Shown: positions 13,601 to 27,900 of the stretch, piece by piece
Numbering within the stretch: the first letter of the stretch is position 1
Layout: each line of letters begins with the position of its first letter
Assembly (NCBI GenBank): GCA_036172245.1
Contig: JAYWIR010000030.1
Location: forward strand, 682,001 to 746,000
Direction of reading: 5' to 3'
Length of the DNA: 64,000 bases
Source: Raillietiella orientalis
Taxonomy: Eukaryota
Translations under genes and position numbers: made by a program
Notes under the pieces: model-generated
Seen by the model: only the letters and a program-made list of their open reading frames with translations
Databases searched by the model: none
What the model was told of the DNA's origin: nothing

Positions 13601-15096
13601 TAGGAAGGGACAGCTTCTATGATCATCTTTCTGATGCTCTAATGGATCTAAGAAGATTTTCCCCTTTCGTCTTCCATTGTTTTAAAATCCATAATTTACG
13701 CCTTTGCCTATTGATAATCTGCGGCCTCATTAGAGTAACGAAGAAATCCCCTTTTTCTTTTTCTTTTCATTCACAGGGTTTTAGGCTCGTTCTCGAAGCG
13801 ATTTGATTGATCCTTTACAGTACTGCTGTTGACTGATTCTTACTAAATTTCGCAGAGAATCGTATGTTCCTTTGCCTTTCTTGAAGCTGCGGATAATTTC
13901 ACAGAGCTTTCACGATTTCTAAAACTGCTACTGAATTTTCAATGCAATTATTCGAAGAATATTTATAAGGCAGCCAGCAATATCATAATAATTTCTCTCA
14001 GAGGAGACTCTTCGGCAGAAGCTTCAGCAGCAGCTTTTCTTTCTTATGCACTTTCTTGCGCATGAAACCTTCCCTACTCGAATCGTTTCATTTTCACGCC
14101 AAACCGATAACCGTATCGGAGGTCGTACCTGAATTCTGGAACACCTATTAGAGCTCCATAGTGACTCGATCTTACAGACGATGTAGCAAGACGAAATTGC
14201 TGCACAGTGATTTCGAAAACGGGCTCCCGGGTTTCACGGTTGGAGCATTCGAAACGTGAGACCTGCAGCATTCCTGGTAAGGCTGTATAGAGCCAGTTAG
14301 CCGCCATACAAATTCAATGTCTGGAAGGAACATCCGTGTTTTCCTTTTTCCACAAACGGAACGCACTGTCGAAATTGTGTTTTGCATGCAGTCCTCCGGA
14401 GCTTTGCTCCTTGCTAGCTAGAAGACAATGACAAAGATAATTGTCCCTTGTTCAGATGGGACACCGACTTAATAATCACTGATGTTCGAGTCACGCACCA
14501 CTACATGGAGTGGAAAGGATTAGAAATACCTTCTATTCCTTCCTTTGAGTTTCTTTGCGTTTGGGCTTTACTTACACTGTACAAATCCATCGTACTCAAC
14601 CAAGTCGATGAGAATCGAAGAGAGTAATCATGCAGATGACCAACCTGTGCTCGAAGATAAACTAACGAAAGCAATACTAGTCGAGCATCAGTTTGCCAAA
14701 AACAGGCGAGCAAATCTGGATTTGGGTACAAGAACGTGTTTTGCAATGAAAGACACGTGGTTGTGGTATGGTGAAAGACGAGGAAGAAGTTCAGGGAAGG
14801 TAGCCACTTCTTGAGTGCATATAGAAAATGTCCGGAATAATTAGGAAGCAACTCGAGCATTTCTGCCAAACTCACGGTTCCCAAGAAAGCATCGTAAATC
14901 GGGAAAGTTCGCCTGACATCTCTAGAAATTCATCGTTTTTTCCTTTTCGGTGTCTTTTTTTTTCTTTTCATACTCAATGTCCTTATTCTATTCGTTACCC
15001 AATGCCCGTACGACATTAACATCGATAAAGTAATTCACATCCCGACTTGCTCTTTGTCTGGTCAAAGCGAGGGTATGGGATGGGTGTTTTTCTTTT

Positions 15097-15127
<31 letters not shown>

Positions 15128-18100
15128 CCCCTTTTTTTCCTCGCCCCCCGCCCCACTATACCTAACGATTTGTGTGTGTGTGTGTGGTAAATGCACACCT
15201 TTGTGTGGAGAGCTTGCCCGACGGTGTGTTTTTCCAGATATTGAGTTTTGTTGGCAATGGAGCCATCAAAATTCCTTGTTCGAAGATAGCAGCAATCGGG
15301 CACTTTGAGCATCAGCCGGCACGCTGGGAAGGAAAACCTGCAAGATGTAAAAAAGGGGGAAAAACGGAGGAAGAGAGAAAAAAAAAAAGGAAGGAAAAAA
15401 GGAACTCATCCCCACTTGGAAAAATTATTCACCGTGGAGTGGACTCATTAATACCCGCCGATGTTCGTACTTCACGGAGTACCTTAGTCTGATCAGGTAA
15501 TCAACGCGCCATGCTGTAAATCTTGCTCTTGCATTGGTAGGTTATCATTGCAGTGAAACGATAATGGTGAAATCTTTTAAAACTCAGTAAGCTAATATCT
15601 TTAGTGATCGATGTATATGATCGAAGATTATTTTGTAAGTATACCTCATTGTGATTTGCATTTGTGTTCGTGTGAGGCAACTTTCTTGTTTGAAAAGTGG
15701 TGTTTGCTTGTGTTTTCATGGACGTGTAGTGGTGTGTTGGATTCCAGAGTTTTGTGTGTACCAATTTTTTTGTTCATCACCATTATCCCGTTCTAGGTCT
15801 CATGTGTACAATGCATGTGTAAAAAACTGATCATAAAACTTGGTTGTCGAATCGTGTGCTTTTCGTGGTTCGTGCATACTTTAATTCGATGCAATTTGTA
15901 ATGTACCCGATGAAATGTTCGTAATGGAATTTATTTCATTTTTCCCGTAATGTGTGCTGATTTCTAAATAAATCGGGCGTACGTATGTCGATAGCACTTA
16001 CCAACTTTTTTAATTAGTAAGTTGAGTAAGATAAGCGAAATGTTAACGCAAGTACGTTAAGCAAGGTGTTCCCCGGAATTTTTATAATGTATACTAGACT
16101 TTGCAAATATTTGTTGTAAAGGTTTGTGACATCAGGATTGACTAAGATGTTTGTTTTTATTTTCAATGTGCTCCACGTCACCTTCGTGGAGACAAATAAG
16201 GAAACTATAACATGAATCAAAATTACATGCATTCCAAAGTTTCATGCCAAAGGTCTTTTATTTGTAATTTGATGCATCCAAACTTAGTACATGAAATTTC
16301 CATCATTTTTACTGCTCATGAAAATAAATTTTTCATTTACTGTTGCAGGTTCTTAGTCATGTAAACGAAATAAGTAAGCATGAATATTGTGGATATTTAT
16401 ACTACTTGAGCAGATGTTTCCAGAATGTGTGTTATTAGTGTTAGGACTAATGGGTGTTATGATTTTGTGCACCTCCAAATCTAATGAATTTGCATTCACA
16501 TGTTGAGTAGAAAATTCTTATTAGTTAGATCAATAATTCTAGTGAACATATAAGAAAGAGGTTTCAGTTTGAAGTCTCCTAGTTATTAGTCTGTTTGAAA
16601 GATCCTTTCATATGATGCTGACTCCTCACTCCTCTGTGAAACAAATGCACATTCTTCTTGTATTTTGATGTGATTGAACCTTTTTTCATGTATGTTTCCA
16701 CCTATTCAAACCGATAATTAGTGTAATTAACCATTATATGGTGTACCCACTTGTAGTATCATTTTGTGCTATTTCTTCATGTAAGTTTATATTTTGATTC
16801 GAATAATCTCGAAGATGTTTATATTTATTCAGGAGATTTGCAAAGCTTCATGGAACCCCTCCCATAATCACAATAGTGTAGTCTAATTCTGCATGTTTTA
16901 TTTTCCAATGAGTTCATCATATTGAATACTATATCGTAGTTCATTTAAAGATTCAGGTTTAAACAATGAAGTGGTAATTGTTTTATTCGCATGGTAATAT
17001 ATAGTATAATAATATATGTTGTGTTTACATCCATTGAGTGCTTAACAAAATTTTAAAATGTATTGAAGCAAACTAAAAGTTTACTACTAACAGTTTCTTA
17101 AAATAGTATCGGTGAAGTTAATCTATGGCATTGTAACTGTGTACACAGTTTGTTATTTTTTAAAAATGGGTTTCTAGCTGTACAAAGAATTCCATAGGGC
17201 TCCAAAGGAACAAAGTGGATGAGCTTGTTGATGCAGCAGTCAGTAGTTCATATTGCATATATTATGGTATATTATGGTTCCTGCCTTTAGTTGTACTTTA
17301 TTTTGTGTTCTCAACTGAAGGAATTTTAAATCCCTAATTACTAAATTAAGTTGCTAGATAAGATGTATTTGTGATGTGATTTGTATTTTCTAGGGTATGT
17401 GTTCATTTGTTGGTTCAGATTTTATCATGTTAGTTTATCATGGTGCATCCAGATGTAAGGAAAATTGACTTCCCTTTAATTCAGTCATTCGAAAGTAGTA
17501 GGGTTCCACCTTTTTCTTTTTGATAAGAATGGATATTTTTTATTTTTAAGCACACTGCTGGCTTTATTTTGATTTCTAAATCATTTTTGAAATCTGCAAG
17601 CAAATTCTTGTAATAGACATTTTGCTTGTAGTAGTTATCATTTTTAAGCAACTAGTTCTTCAGAATGCATGCTTTGATTGTTTTGTTGTTTTTCAATAGA
17701 GGGTGATGTGTTCCACTGCCTGTTAAGTGAACTCACAATATGCAACTTTAATTTACAGAGTAAAAAAATTTTTTTGGTATGATCTGTTTCTTGAACCAAG
17801 ATCATAATGATTATTTGAGTACAGTACTAATGGTTGACCTGCAAATGTTTTAGAATTGAATAGCTTTAGGTTTTCAGTGAAATAAAACGAATTTCCAGTT
17901 AGGTATCAGTGGCATTATTCAGAAAGTGGAAATATCGCGAGGATGTTTGTAATATTGTAAGACAGATTGCTACTGAAAGCATCAAAGAGGAAACAGGCTC
18001 TTGCTCTTTGATTTGATTTTTAGATGTTCCAAAAGTTCATTAAACAAATCCCAATGGTCAAAGTAACTATTAAAGAAAGTAAAAACGTTTCAAGCAGTAA

Positions 18101-18229
18101 ACAAAAGCATGATATAAATTTCTTGAAATCCTCTTAATGGAATCAAGTTCAATGCAAAATGCTCTGAAGTTTTAGGTCAAATTTAGGTCAACTCATAAAT
18201 ATAATTGAACATCTTTGCTTTCTATTAAA

Positions 18230-18800
18230 GTTTACATGATTCCATGAACAGCCCGCTGATGTACTTTTCATGGTGGTGCCACCATTTAAGGGATAGATTT
18301 CACTTGATACCATATCATTGAATGTTGACATTTTCAAATACATTCATCCAGTCCATTACATCTTTAGTTTCCACGCAGAAGATATGCGCGTGCATCCTTA
18401 ACTCCAGAGTTTTCAAGTGTCATTTACAGTGCTTTGCTGGACATGGTGTTATAAGAGCACTCGAATTTTTCTTATAGCTTGTGCTGTTTCACCCAAGTCT
18501 AATATTTCCGTTTTATGCTATAACAGTTGTTTGGCATTCTGCAGTTTAGTAATTTTTGAGTTGTACGTAAGTAGTTTCTTTGAATGGAAACCAAGTTTGA
18601 ATATGCACATAATAGTGGTGCATGAATTTTGATAATCGTTGTATTAAATTTTGTTCTCTTAAGAGTCTAAGACTAACGGAAATGTTGTTGCGAAAACGTA
18701 GGGTCTGTTGCCTTAGCAGGGATGTAAGCTTTGTCATTTTTAGAAACTTATTTCTCTTGTCCCCACAAGTACAGTTTTCAAATGGAAGATGTGGAGTTGT
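18230..18800 (-). mobile_element. Possible RTE-like LINE 3' remnant
   Basis: IRKIRVLL*HHVQQSTVNDT (cf. LRRIL..W.D.VTN.EV) followed by SLKWWHH (cf. LRW.GH). Very degenerate. Confidence 0.25.
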
Positions 18801-20559
18801 TCATAATGAATTGGAGTAGATGAATTGACATGCGTTTTTGCAAGTCATATTCTTGAGCTGTGAATGCCAGTTCGTCTGGGTTCCTTTGATCATTTTGATG
18901 CTTTTTGGATCCATCTAAAAAGATTTTCTCTGAAAATGGCTTGGTACATCCTCAAGATCAGGATCAGTTTTGACTGACTAATCAAATAGAGCACCTTGGC
19001 GGATTCGTTGTGTTGTTTATTTCAAGTCGAAAGCAAGAAATAAGTATGGGAAATATTTGAAACTCGGACATAGTGTACAAAAAGACAATTGAATATTTTA
19101 TTTTTGTATTTTTTTCTTTACATTTGTGCATGTACGTGTTTATCAAAACAAAATATTAGTTTTTCAGTAAAGACCTGCAAGTTCAGGTAAAGAAAAACGG
19201 AAGATTGAGATGAAAAAATAGTGATGTTGTGATCTGAGAACTGGACATGGAGTGAGCAGTTTTTTCGATTCTTAGATAGAAATAGTATTACACACCCGGT
19301 ATTTATATTTGTATACGTTAGGATACGGTCAGTCTGTGGATTAGCACCTTCACAAAAGCAACTTCTATAACCGATTGAAATGTGATGGTTAAAAATTGAG
19401 TGATGGTTAAAAGTATTTAGTTTGTAAACAGCGACAATCCAATGTTTATATACAAACGGAGGATGAGTTTATTGAATGGAATATTTTTAAGAACGGAAAC
19501 CAATGAATACAACTCGAGAAATAAGCCCCAAAGTCAGATGAACTCATATGTATGGTGCATGTGTACAATGCATATGGTGAGGGAAAGCATTTTGTTGCCA
19601 GCAGTATGAAACGTGAGCATTCTTTGCAGTAGAATCTGCCATGCACTAAACGTTATTTGAGTCCTTTAGTCCATTTCGAATGTAGAAATCTCTCACTTGT
19701 TATGCCATTGCAAGTGCGTGTGGCCAACCTTTTCTGTGTTCAGTTGCAGCAAAATTCTGACAAATTGGGCTGTGGACGATGGGCTGCCCCAGCACGATTA
19801 TGTCGGTAGACCAACTTTGCCAGCCGTACACATTTCAAGTTTCACAAATCACTTAATTAACCCAGGTTATTGTGAGGCTGGTTGAGCCTTTTGAGGTGAA
19901 GACGTCAGTTGTTGAAGAAGAAGAAAAAAATCACGAGTCGGTTCCGTTTGTTTTGTTTGCTTTTGTACCGATCGAAATTGCGTACATCCCGAGCTGTGAC
20001 CAAGAAGTTTGTATCATTTCATCTTTGCATTAAATTCCTTGGCAGGCCGTGTAATGAGGCGGTTTAAACGAGCCTAATACGTAGGTGTTCTGCATCCATT
20101 GAACCCAATCATCAGATTTAGAACTGCGCAAGAAATACATTTTAGACGCACAACGCTGGCTTGACATCAAAGGGTTGTAGCATCCTACCTTTGAATGCAT
20201 TTTGTTTTTTGTTTTTTTTTTTGTGTGTGTGTGTTTTAAATCTCATGGGTTGGGTTTGTCCATTTCATTAAATCCATATTATTCGTGTTTCAAAAATTCA
20301 AGGAATGTGGGCATAACAGCGTGTTGTTGAGTGAACAGAAATGGAAAGTTCTGAGAGCTTCGGTTTCGCTTATCCGTACCACGAATGTGATCTCCCCGTG
20401 CCATTTGCCGGAACAAATGTGCAAAGAAGTGTACAGATGCTGCTTTGATCCGTGGCAAGCATGCAATTTTTTTCGAGCCTGGAAACTCTGTCTTTCTTCT
20501 TCTTCTTTTAAATAAAAATAAATAAATCAGCAAGCTCCATCCCCGGCGGCGCGTCTGTG

Positions 20560-21050
20560 TAAATACGTTAAATAAGGGCTTTCACTGATCTGCCTCTTGA
20601 AGATGATGGTGCAGTCTTTTCCCGCCCAAGTGTCCGGAATCACCAAGGCCCTGTTGTGGCTGAATGTGTAGGGCCGATCCTTACAGTTTGCCTTTTCCTG
20701 TAGCATTCTCTTGCGCCTTTCCCGCCTGGTGTTTCGGAACGTTGAAGGCACCAGGCTGGACTTGCGTACGAAGTACACGAATATTCATCAGGCAGGTGAG
20801 TGTCGTCAAGACCGATGATTCTTGCACCCCGAATCCGAAACGCGTTGGGTTTTTTACCGGGTGGTTGTGGGCCTTCCCTATTCCAGACGAGATCGGATAC
20901 CCTAGAAATAATTAGCCATGGCGTCGCTGGAGCATCCGTGAGGCTGCTGTTGATCTCTCTAATGACCTTAGCGTGCGTCGCCCAAGTCACTATTTCTGAG
21001 TCTTCCTGTGGAACTTTGGGAACGCGGGGCGGCTCGGGGCAGTGAGACAA
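20560..21050 (-). mobile_element. Jockey/I-like LINE ORF2 C-terminal fragment
   Basis: KVPQEDSEIVTWATHAKVIREI (cf. KYLGVxLDxKLTWxxHI) and SYASPAW (cf. LEYASPAW) in ORF 20640-21050. Confidence 0.55.
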
Positions 21051-23015
21051 CGGGAAGAAAAAAAATCTGCGTCTTTGGCTTACACGGGGAACGGATGCAG
21101 AACAGGGCCCGTTCGAAGTACATTACATGCAGAACGCCTTTCTGCGAAATACGTCGAATTTCTGTAACGGTCGGATGCATTTTGCATTATGTATGGTAAC
21201 CAATTCCGGGCTTTTCTTAAGGGTTTCGAATTACTTAAGCGTATCTTTCCTAAGAGGTTTTTTCCGTTTCGTATCCTTATGGGTGCTTTGTGCGTGCATA
21301 AGGACACAGTTTACTGCTCCTGTCTGTTCTGCCCCTTCATGTCTGGAGGTTGGCTGAGTAGTTACGTTACATTAAATACCAGAAATCCGATATTCAGAAG
21401 TTGTTGGTTCTCAGTGTAATGAATAAATAAGACCACTTGAATTACATGCGAGTCATTTGCATTTCTCGAAACCACGTAGAGGTGTCATATGTAAGTTTTG
21501 TGCTGAAAGTATGGATTCAAGAGGAAATGGGCAAAGTAAGGTAATGGTATAATGGGGATCCGTGTTTCTGTAACCTCACTGGAATGCGCTTTTGAAAATG
21601 CAAATTGCATTATCTGCTTAAGACGAGCACAAAAAATGCAGCTCTCGATCAGTGGTGATTTCTTTATATGTATAAAAAAAAAAAAAAAAAAAAAAAAAAG
21701 GCCATTGAAGCAACATGAGCTTTGCCTTGAATTTTGTGTGTGTGTGTGTGTTTGCGAATAATGGAGATTTTAATTTGAGAGTTAATCGTCTGCACATGTT
21801 CTCTGTAATGTGGCGAAATAGCAGTTTGTGGATGGTGTGCCGAAATGCTGCTCGTCCTCGTTCTCCGATGATTTGAAACCCTTTTGGCACCGACGTTTGA
21901 CTGTAAACTTGGCGTTGTGATTCGGATTTTCCCAAGTCGTTGCTACGATTTGGAAGGGTTGCCCCGTTCCTTTAGCATTTGATGAAACGTGAACTTTGTA
22001 CACCCAGATAGCAAGCAGTACATTTGCCTGGACAGAAAGATGTGTAAAAATATCGACCCGATCCTCGCCCGATTCGTATGCACAGTTTCATTTCTTAAAT
22101 CAAAACTGGTTCGTTTTCAGAAGGCTACCTTTAGTGTGTCTTCTTTTATATTCATTCGTAACGGATGTTTTCTTTCTTTCTGTCTTTCTTTCTTTTCTTT
22201 TTTTTTGAGGGGGGGGGGGTCGAAGTTTATTTAGCCCAGTGCTGGTGGTTAGGAGTTGAGGCATTTTCTTCCGTATGCGCGAGCAAAAGGTTTTGACTGT
22301 TCTCATATGCTGCTGACTGTTTCCATGTTTAATTGATGCATGTAAAAGCAAAAGAAGCCGCGATTTGCTCGAATTACGGGTCCAAAAGCAAACCCCGCGT
22401 GGTACACCTTAACTGCGGTTTGAGTTTTTCTTGTGCCTTCTGGTCGCGAAGAATTCCATGTTGATTTGATCGTAAGAGTGCTGCTCTTCACAGGGTCAGG
22501 TCCAGTGGCTCAGCCACCTTTGAAGTAACTCGTACCGAATCTGCTCGAGGAATCGGTGAAGGGGTCACTTTTCGCCGTTTGTGACCTTGTTGTGTGGCTG
22601 CCATTCGCCTGTGGATCGGTAGTTTCATTTCCAATTGCGTAAATGAAACTTTGTCTGTGGCAGACATGTTATCCAGAGATATCTTTATGAAGTGTTTGAA
22701 AAAGCAAGCATAGCGTTTTTTCTTTCCCCTCCCCCCCCCCTCCTCCCATTTTCTTTCCTGGAAATGCTTGCATCAGCGACTTCTTACGAAAACGTTAGTA
22801 TTTCTGGTCCAGCATTAGTGCCTTATAATTGTGTTCTTGGAGACATATCTTCAAGTTGTAGATATGTGCGGATTGTTTATCTAATGATTTGTTTTTGTTT
22901 TTTTTGTTGTTGTTGTTGTTTTTTTTTTTTTTTTTTTTTTTTTTGCGTGATATTTGGCTTTGCTGCATGCTGATTGCGAGTTGCTTTTTAGGTTTCATTT
23001 GGTTTTTGGATCCTC

Positions 23016-23066
23016 ATGGACAATAAGAGGATTGCTTGTGGCTATTGTCAAGCACAACACAAATAA
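23016..23066 (+). promoter_or_regulatory. Upstream ORF (MDNKRIACGYCQAQHK*) in the PRL-1 5' leader
   Basis: ATG at 23016 to TAA at 23064-23066. It starts about 25 nt after a plausible splice acceptor (ttgctttttag, ending 22991) and 342 nt before the PRL start codon. A second tiny uORF, MPMG*, lies at 23156-23170. Confidence 0.7.
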
Positions 23067-23357
23067 AAATCGAAGAAATCAAAGTTTGCAAGTGTAGTGC
23101 TTTAGTGCCTTTGCACACGTGGGAGCATACGGCAGTTGGCTGTTCCCATCTTTTTATGCCGATGGGGTAAACTTCGTAACTATAGAAGAAAAAGTCCGAA
23201 CATCTAGTCCCAGAATACGTAAAGCTGATCTCCAATTATTTTATAGTAGTAATAATCCCCATAGCAGAAAAATCTTGGACTATTACATAATTTTAGAATA
23301 AGTTGTTTATTGAATATAACTATCTTTTTGCTCACCTATATTTGGAAGCCGATAGTC

Positions 23358-24025
23358 ATGTCTAATGTAGTGAGACACAAAGCTACATCGCGACCCGCAC
23401 CGTCGGAGATCGAATACAAACAGTTTCGATTTTTAATTATGGACCGACCGACAGATGCTACGATTGCGAATTTCATCCAGGTTTGATTGAGATGAAGAGG
23501 AGGGAGGGAGGGGTGCACGAGCTAACAGCCTTCTTAACTCTTTACTTGTTTACCCAGGAACTGCACAAACACAATGTGCGGGATGTGGTAAGGGTGTGTG
23601 AGCCTACTTATGACACCGAAGACCTGTGCAAACACGATATCGACGTTATTGATCTGGAGTTTGGAGATGGTGGTTTTCCTCCTGCCGATGTGGTAGAGCG
23701 CTGGTTTAGTTTGATAAGGAACCGATTTCAAGAAGACCCAAGGGCTTGCATCGCAGTCCACTGCGTTGCTGGATTAGGCCGCGCCCCTGTGTTGGTAGCC
23801 TTGGCACTTATCGAGCTCGGGATGAAGTACGAAGATGCTGTGGAGCTGATACGCGAGTAAGTCGTGTCTGTGTTGTCCTTTGCGAGCTTTCCTCATGCTG
23901 CATCCGCCAGGAAACGCCGAGGTGCTATCAATTCGAAGCAGCTGTCCTTTTTGGAAAAGTATCGTCCCAAATCTAGACTTAAAATAAGAAATGGTCATAC
24001 TCGAAACGGTTGCAGCGTACAGTGA
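23358..24025 (+). CDS. PRL-1: Protein tyrosine phosphatase type IVA (PRL-1)
   Basis: Exons 23358-23480, 23558-23856 and 23911-24025 (GT-AG introns of 77 and 54 nt). Motifs [14 protein letters not shown], catalytic [10 protein letters not shown], polybasic [10 protein letters not shown] and C-terminal CAAX CSVQ. AATAAA at about 24135. Confidence 0.97.
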
Positions 24026-24761
24026 TGAGTTGGCGGTGCTTCTTCTCCTGTAAGTGTTCCCGATCGCTCTTTGGAATCAGTGCTAACTCAGACTATCCTC
24101 AAAAGGAGATATTTACCACGTTTCCTTTTTCATAAATAAAGGTACTTTAATCATCATTAGAGGTTTTCTTCATTACAGTCAGTGCATGGAAAAATTATGT
24201 TTTTCTGCTTCCAACGGTCGTCGGAAAACTTTTGAAAGTTAGGAAACCAGATCAGAGGAAAGATCGAGTCCTGCGCAGAATCCTCATCGCAGCTCTTCCT
24301 GTGGGAGCTTGCGTGGGCGTGTGGCAAAATTTCCTCGGTGGATTTCGTCGTGGTCTTTAGGAACGGGTTAGGAAGAGGCTTTATGTATAGGCGCCGATCA
24401 TTCCTCGAGTGGGGGTCCCTCTGCTCAAGCGGGGCGCCGTTCTGCCGGGTCGCCAGCAGCAGAATCTGAGAACAAATCGTGCATGAGCGCAGAGAAAGAG
24501 GAAAAGCCACGAGCCGAGTCTCGAACAAGACACATCATATCGTCGGTAGGAAAAAGCCGGATGTTCTCCCACGGAGAACGGCGGCGGCGATTAACGGGAA
24601 AGTGTGCTCAGCCGGTTGCGTGCTTCACTTGACCGCAGAGAAAGGAGGAATGTTCCCTCCCTCCCTTCCCCACTCCGCGATCTTCTCGTGCTTGGGTTAT
24701 ACGTACGCGGTTGGGTCGTTTTCTTTTGGTGGATGCACGGTGCTTCTTCGAGTGGCCCTTT

Positions 24762-24794
24762 TCTTCTTCTTCTTCTTCTTCTTCTTCGTCTTCT
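24762..24794. repeat. (CTT)n microsatellite
   Basis: Direct read, with one interruption. Confidence 0.9.
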
Positions 24795-24949
24795 TTATGC
24801 GTATTTTTTGCTTTCCAGAGCTATTCTGCGGTTCAGGCAAAGCACGTAACGTCCACTTTTGAGATCAGAGAACGGAAATTCTCCAGTCGAAAAGTCGAAG
24901 TGTTTGTATCACACGCGCTCACTCAAAGGACAAAGGAGTCTCAGGGAAC

Positions 24950-27900
24950 TCGGGAAAGTTCAAGCCCCGGTCCAGCGTTGCAGGCACGCGGGGTTGACGA
25001 AGTTTTGCTCCCTGGCGCCGCCGACATCGATACGCTGCGGAGATTTGCGTCAACGGCGCCACCTGCAGCTTCCCGCCTGCATCATTTGCATCCATGCAAG
25101 CGTTGTTGGGAGGTGCCCACGGGATTTCGCTTCACATATTTCGAAGGACGTCTCGAATTCAGGCAAACCGCGACCTATTGATTTTACATGCGTGGACATC
25201 CTGATTCGAGGTTCCGGATCCGAAAATCGTTTTGTACGATGCTTGCAGGGGTCTCAGTCGGACCCAGGCGACATCACCATCCAAGAGGGGCAATCCGCCG
25301 CCAGTGCAGGAATTCTTCAGCGGAAGGAGCGTGCGTGTTTCCGGTGCGTTTCCATTGCCTTACCTTGCTCCGCGTCTGCAACCGCAATCGGGTGCGCCAC
25401 CACAGTCAAAGGCAGGCGATGTAAAAGGTTTCTGGGATGTGTCCAGATGTGATGTCCGGTAACATACCTCGGAGCTCTTGGAAATATCTTTCAGCATCCG
25501 GAGCGCTCTTTGCTGTGATGACTGACCGCTGTTTTCGTAAACAGGATTGAGAGGAAGTTGATATGTATTGTTCCCTGATGCAGAGCTCCTTTTTCAAACG
25601 ATTCCGAATCGTGTTCCTTTTGAAGGGAACCGTACACTTAAATACCATGTCATCTGAGGAGGCGGGGAAGCTCTTCGCCCAGGCAGGGGCCGACTAGAGT
25701 GGATAAGTCACACGCATAGGGAACCCGCGATGCAGCCTCCCGAGGAGGCTCGCCATCTCGAAGACTCCACAAGCGTTCGGCACTCCGCCGCCCCACATGG
25801 GTGCCAAGGTACCGTGACGTCACCGATTGCTTTCCTTTCGGGAGAAACCTGTATCTGCAATCGAAACGGGCCCAGCCGAACGTGAAGACCATCGGCAGTG
25901 AGAACAGGAGGCGTATCTGTGGTGTTTGTATTTCCCACTTTGCACGAATAGCAAAGGCACTGAATACGCCACCAATCCCCTACGGAAAAGTACGTGCCTG
26001 CCGCTGCAGCGAAGGAAAGTCGCATCATTGTACCGTGGGTTTGTGTACGCAGAACGCGCAAAGCGTGATTTCTGAAACACGGATGATTTCAAGTTACTCA
26101 AAAATAGCTTCAGCACGTGATTTAGAAGGGAAAAAAAAAAAAAAAAAGGAAACCAACCTCGGCAAAAGGTTTCCGGGATTCTGTAACAAAAAAAAAAAAA
26201 AAGGGAGAGGGGGGAACTGTGTGCGTTTTTCATTTCGTAAAAGACTTTTTTCTGTGCTATTTGCGAATGTTCTGCGCGGATTTTCTGTGCACTACGCTCT
26301 GATACTTCGTCGCACAGAAGATCATGAGATGCAAGAAAATCGCCGCTGTCAAGACAACGGCACTATTAGCATCATGAGACAAAACGCGTTTTTCCTTAAG
26401 CTTCCTGGTCTATGTATGCAGCCACGCTGATCTTCCGCTCCTCCTCGACCCTATGAAATTCAGGTCCGAAAACCAAATCCGAAAATCTCGTTCAAAATAG
26501 CGGAAAGAAGTTGGGCATTCAGCAGGATGCCGAAGTTCTTTCTCAAAATTTGATAGGAATGGTTTTCTTCGTTTTCGCCCGCTTCGTGCCATTGCACCAT
26601 TCGATGCCGATGGAACCGACGTGGCGCTGAAGGGATCGAACACGAGGAGGAGGAGGAAAGAATCGCATATGAGCAGAGATGAATTTTCTATAGATAACCA
26701 TTAGTCAAACAAATGGACAGTTCACATTTTGCTAGGACCACACGTTGCACAACCGCGCTCGAGATCGGCGCGTCACGATCACTGTACCAACTGTACAAGC
26801 TTTTCGACTTTGAAGTTCGGAAAACAATCCAGCGGGGTCGGACGAAACCCGTAGGCCAGAGCCCTGCCGGCAGTCTTCGCTCTCACTTTTGGGTCCACGA
26901 GCCTGCTCTTCTTGCTCTCCGGCGTCCTTCTGGTTCCCAGTCGGATCCAGGGCATCGCGCTCCTTTCAGGCTTCTGGTTCCCGCAGCCACTCGCATCCCC
27001 TCTGCGTGAGCCTTCTTCCGCGCCAACCATGCGGATCTTCCGAGAGGGAGGCAAAAAGTTTCCTCGACGTCTGCTGCTGCACAGTCGCTGTACGGCTGGC
27101 GCGCGGCTCGTTTTTGCGAGCGTCCCTTTCCAGGCAGGGCGAACTTTGGCGAGGAACCTGCATCCCCGGACGATGCTCTGAATTTTCCCCGTAACCATGG
27201 TTTGCGGGCAGCCGAGTAAACAGTCTTTCCCAACGAGGGAACCCACGCTGCTGCATGGTCTGCTTGCGCTACCCGCCAGTAAAACACCTTGAAATAAATG
27301 CTGCTTGCGCGTGGATCAGTTTGTCGAAAAGACGAGTTTTCAAAATGAGAAGGTGCCTCTTCCTCTTGGTTCATGGTTGCTTATGAACCCGAAGCCGGGA
27401 GGAGCTTTTCCTTGGGCGCTCCGTACACGAAGGACTTTCCCTGGCAGTGAGTGTACTCCGCAAATGTCTCGAGTGAAATCTTGTTGCCTGGCGCTAAGAT
27501 CATTTCCATCGGTGCATGAAGATGCAAGCAGTTGTGATAGAAAACCTCATTGCTCATCTTTTGCTTCAAGCAAAGAGCTTCCGGTGAATCGGATGGGATA
27601 TCAAGTTTCCCAATCTCGTACAAGTGCAGTGCATCCTGGGATACGCCGTGCTATCCATAGCGGGAAGCAGTTCGTCGCAGGAATCAATTTGCCCCTCGTA
27701 ACTTGGGTGCTTCCCCTAGGTTTTATCCAGTCCTCAAATTACAACTGATCCCCGATCTTGCCGCTTGTAGAATCAGGAGTCAGTTGGTGTATTTGATGCC
27801 GAAAGCTGGTTTTTTTTTTTTTTTTTTTTTTTGTTTGTTGGTGTATCATCGGCAGTCGTCCGGTGGAAAACCTCAAGAGCGGAGAGAGGACGGTATGCTG

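Noticed and set aside
14450..14500. B-box-like GTTCGAGTC...ACCA (and GTTCGATCCC on minus at about 26635)
   Set aside because: No cloverleaf or properly spaced A box.
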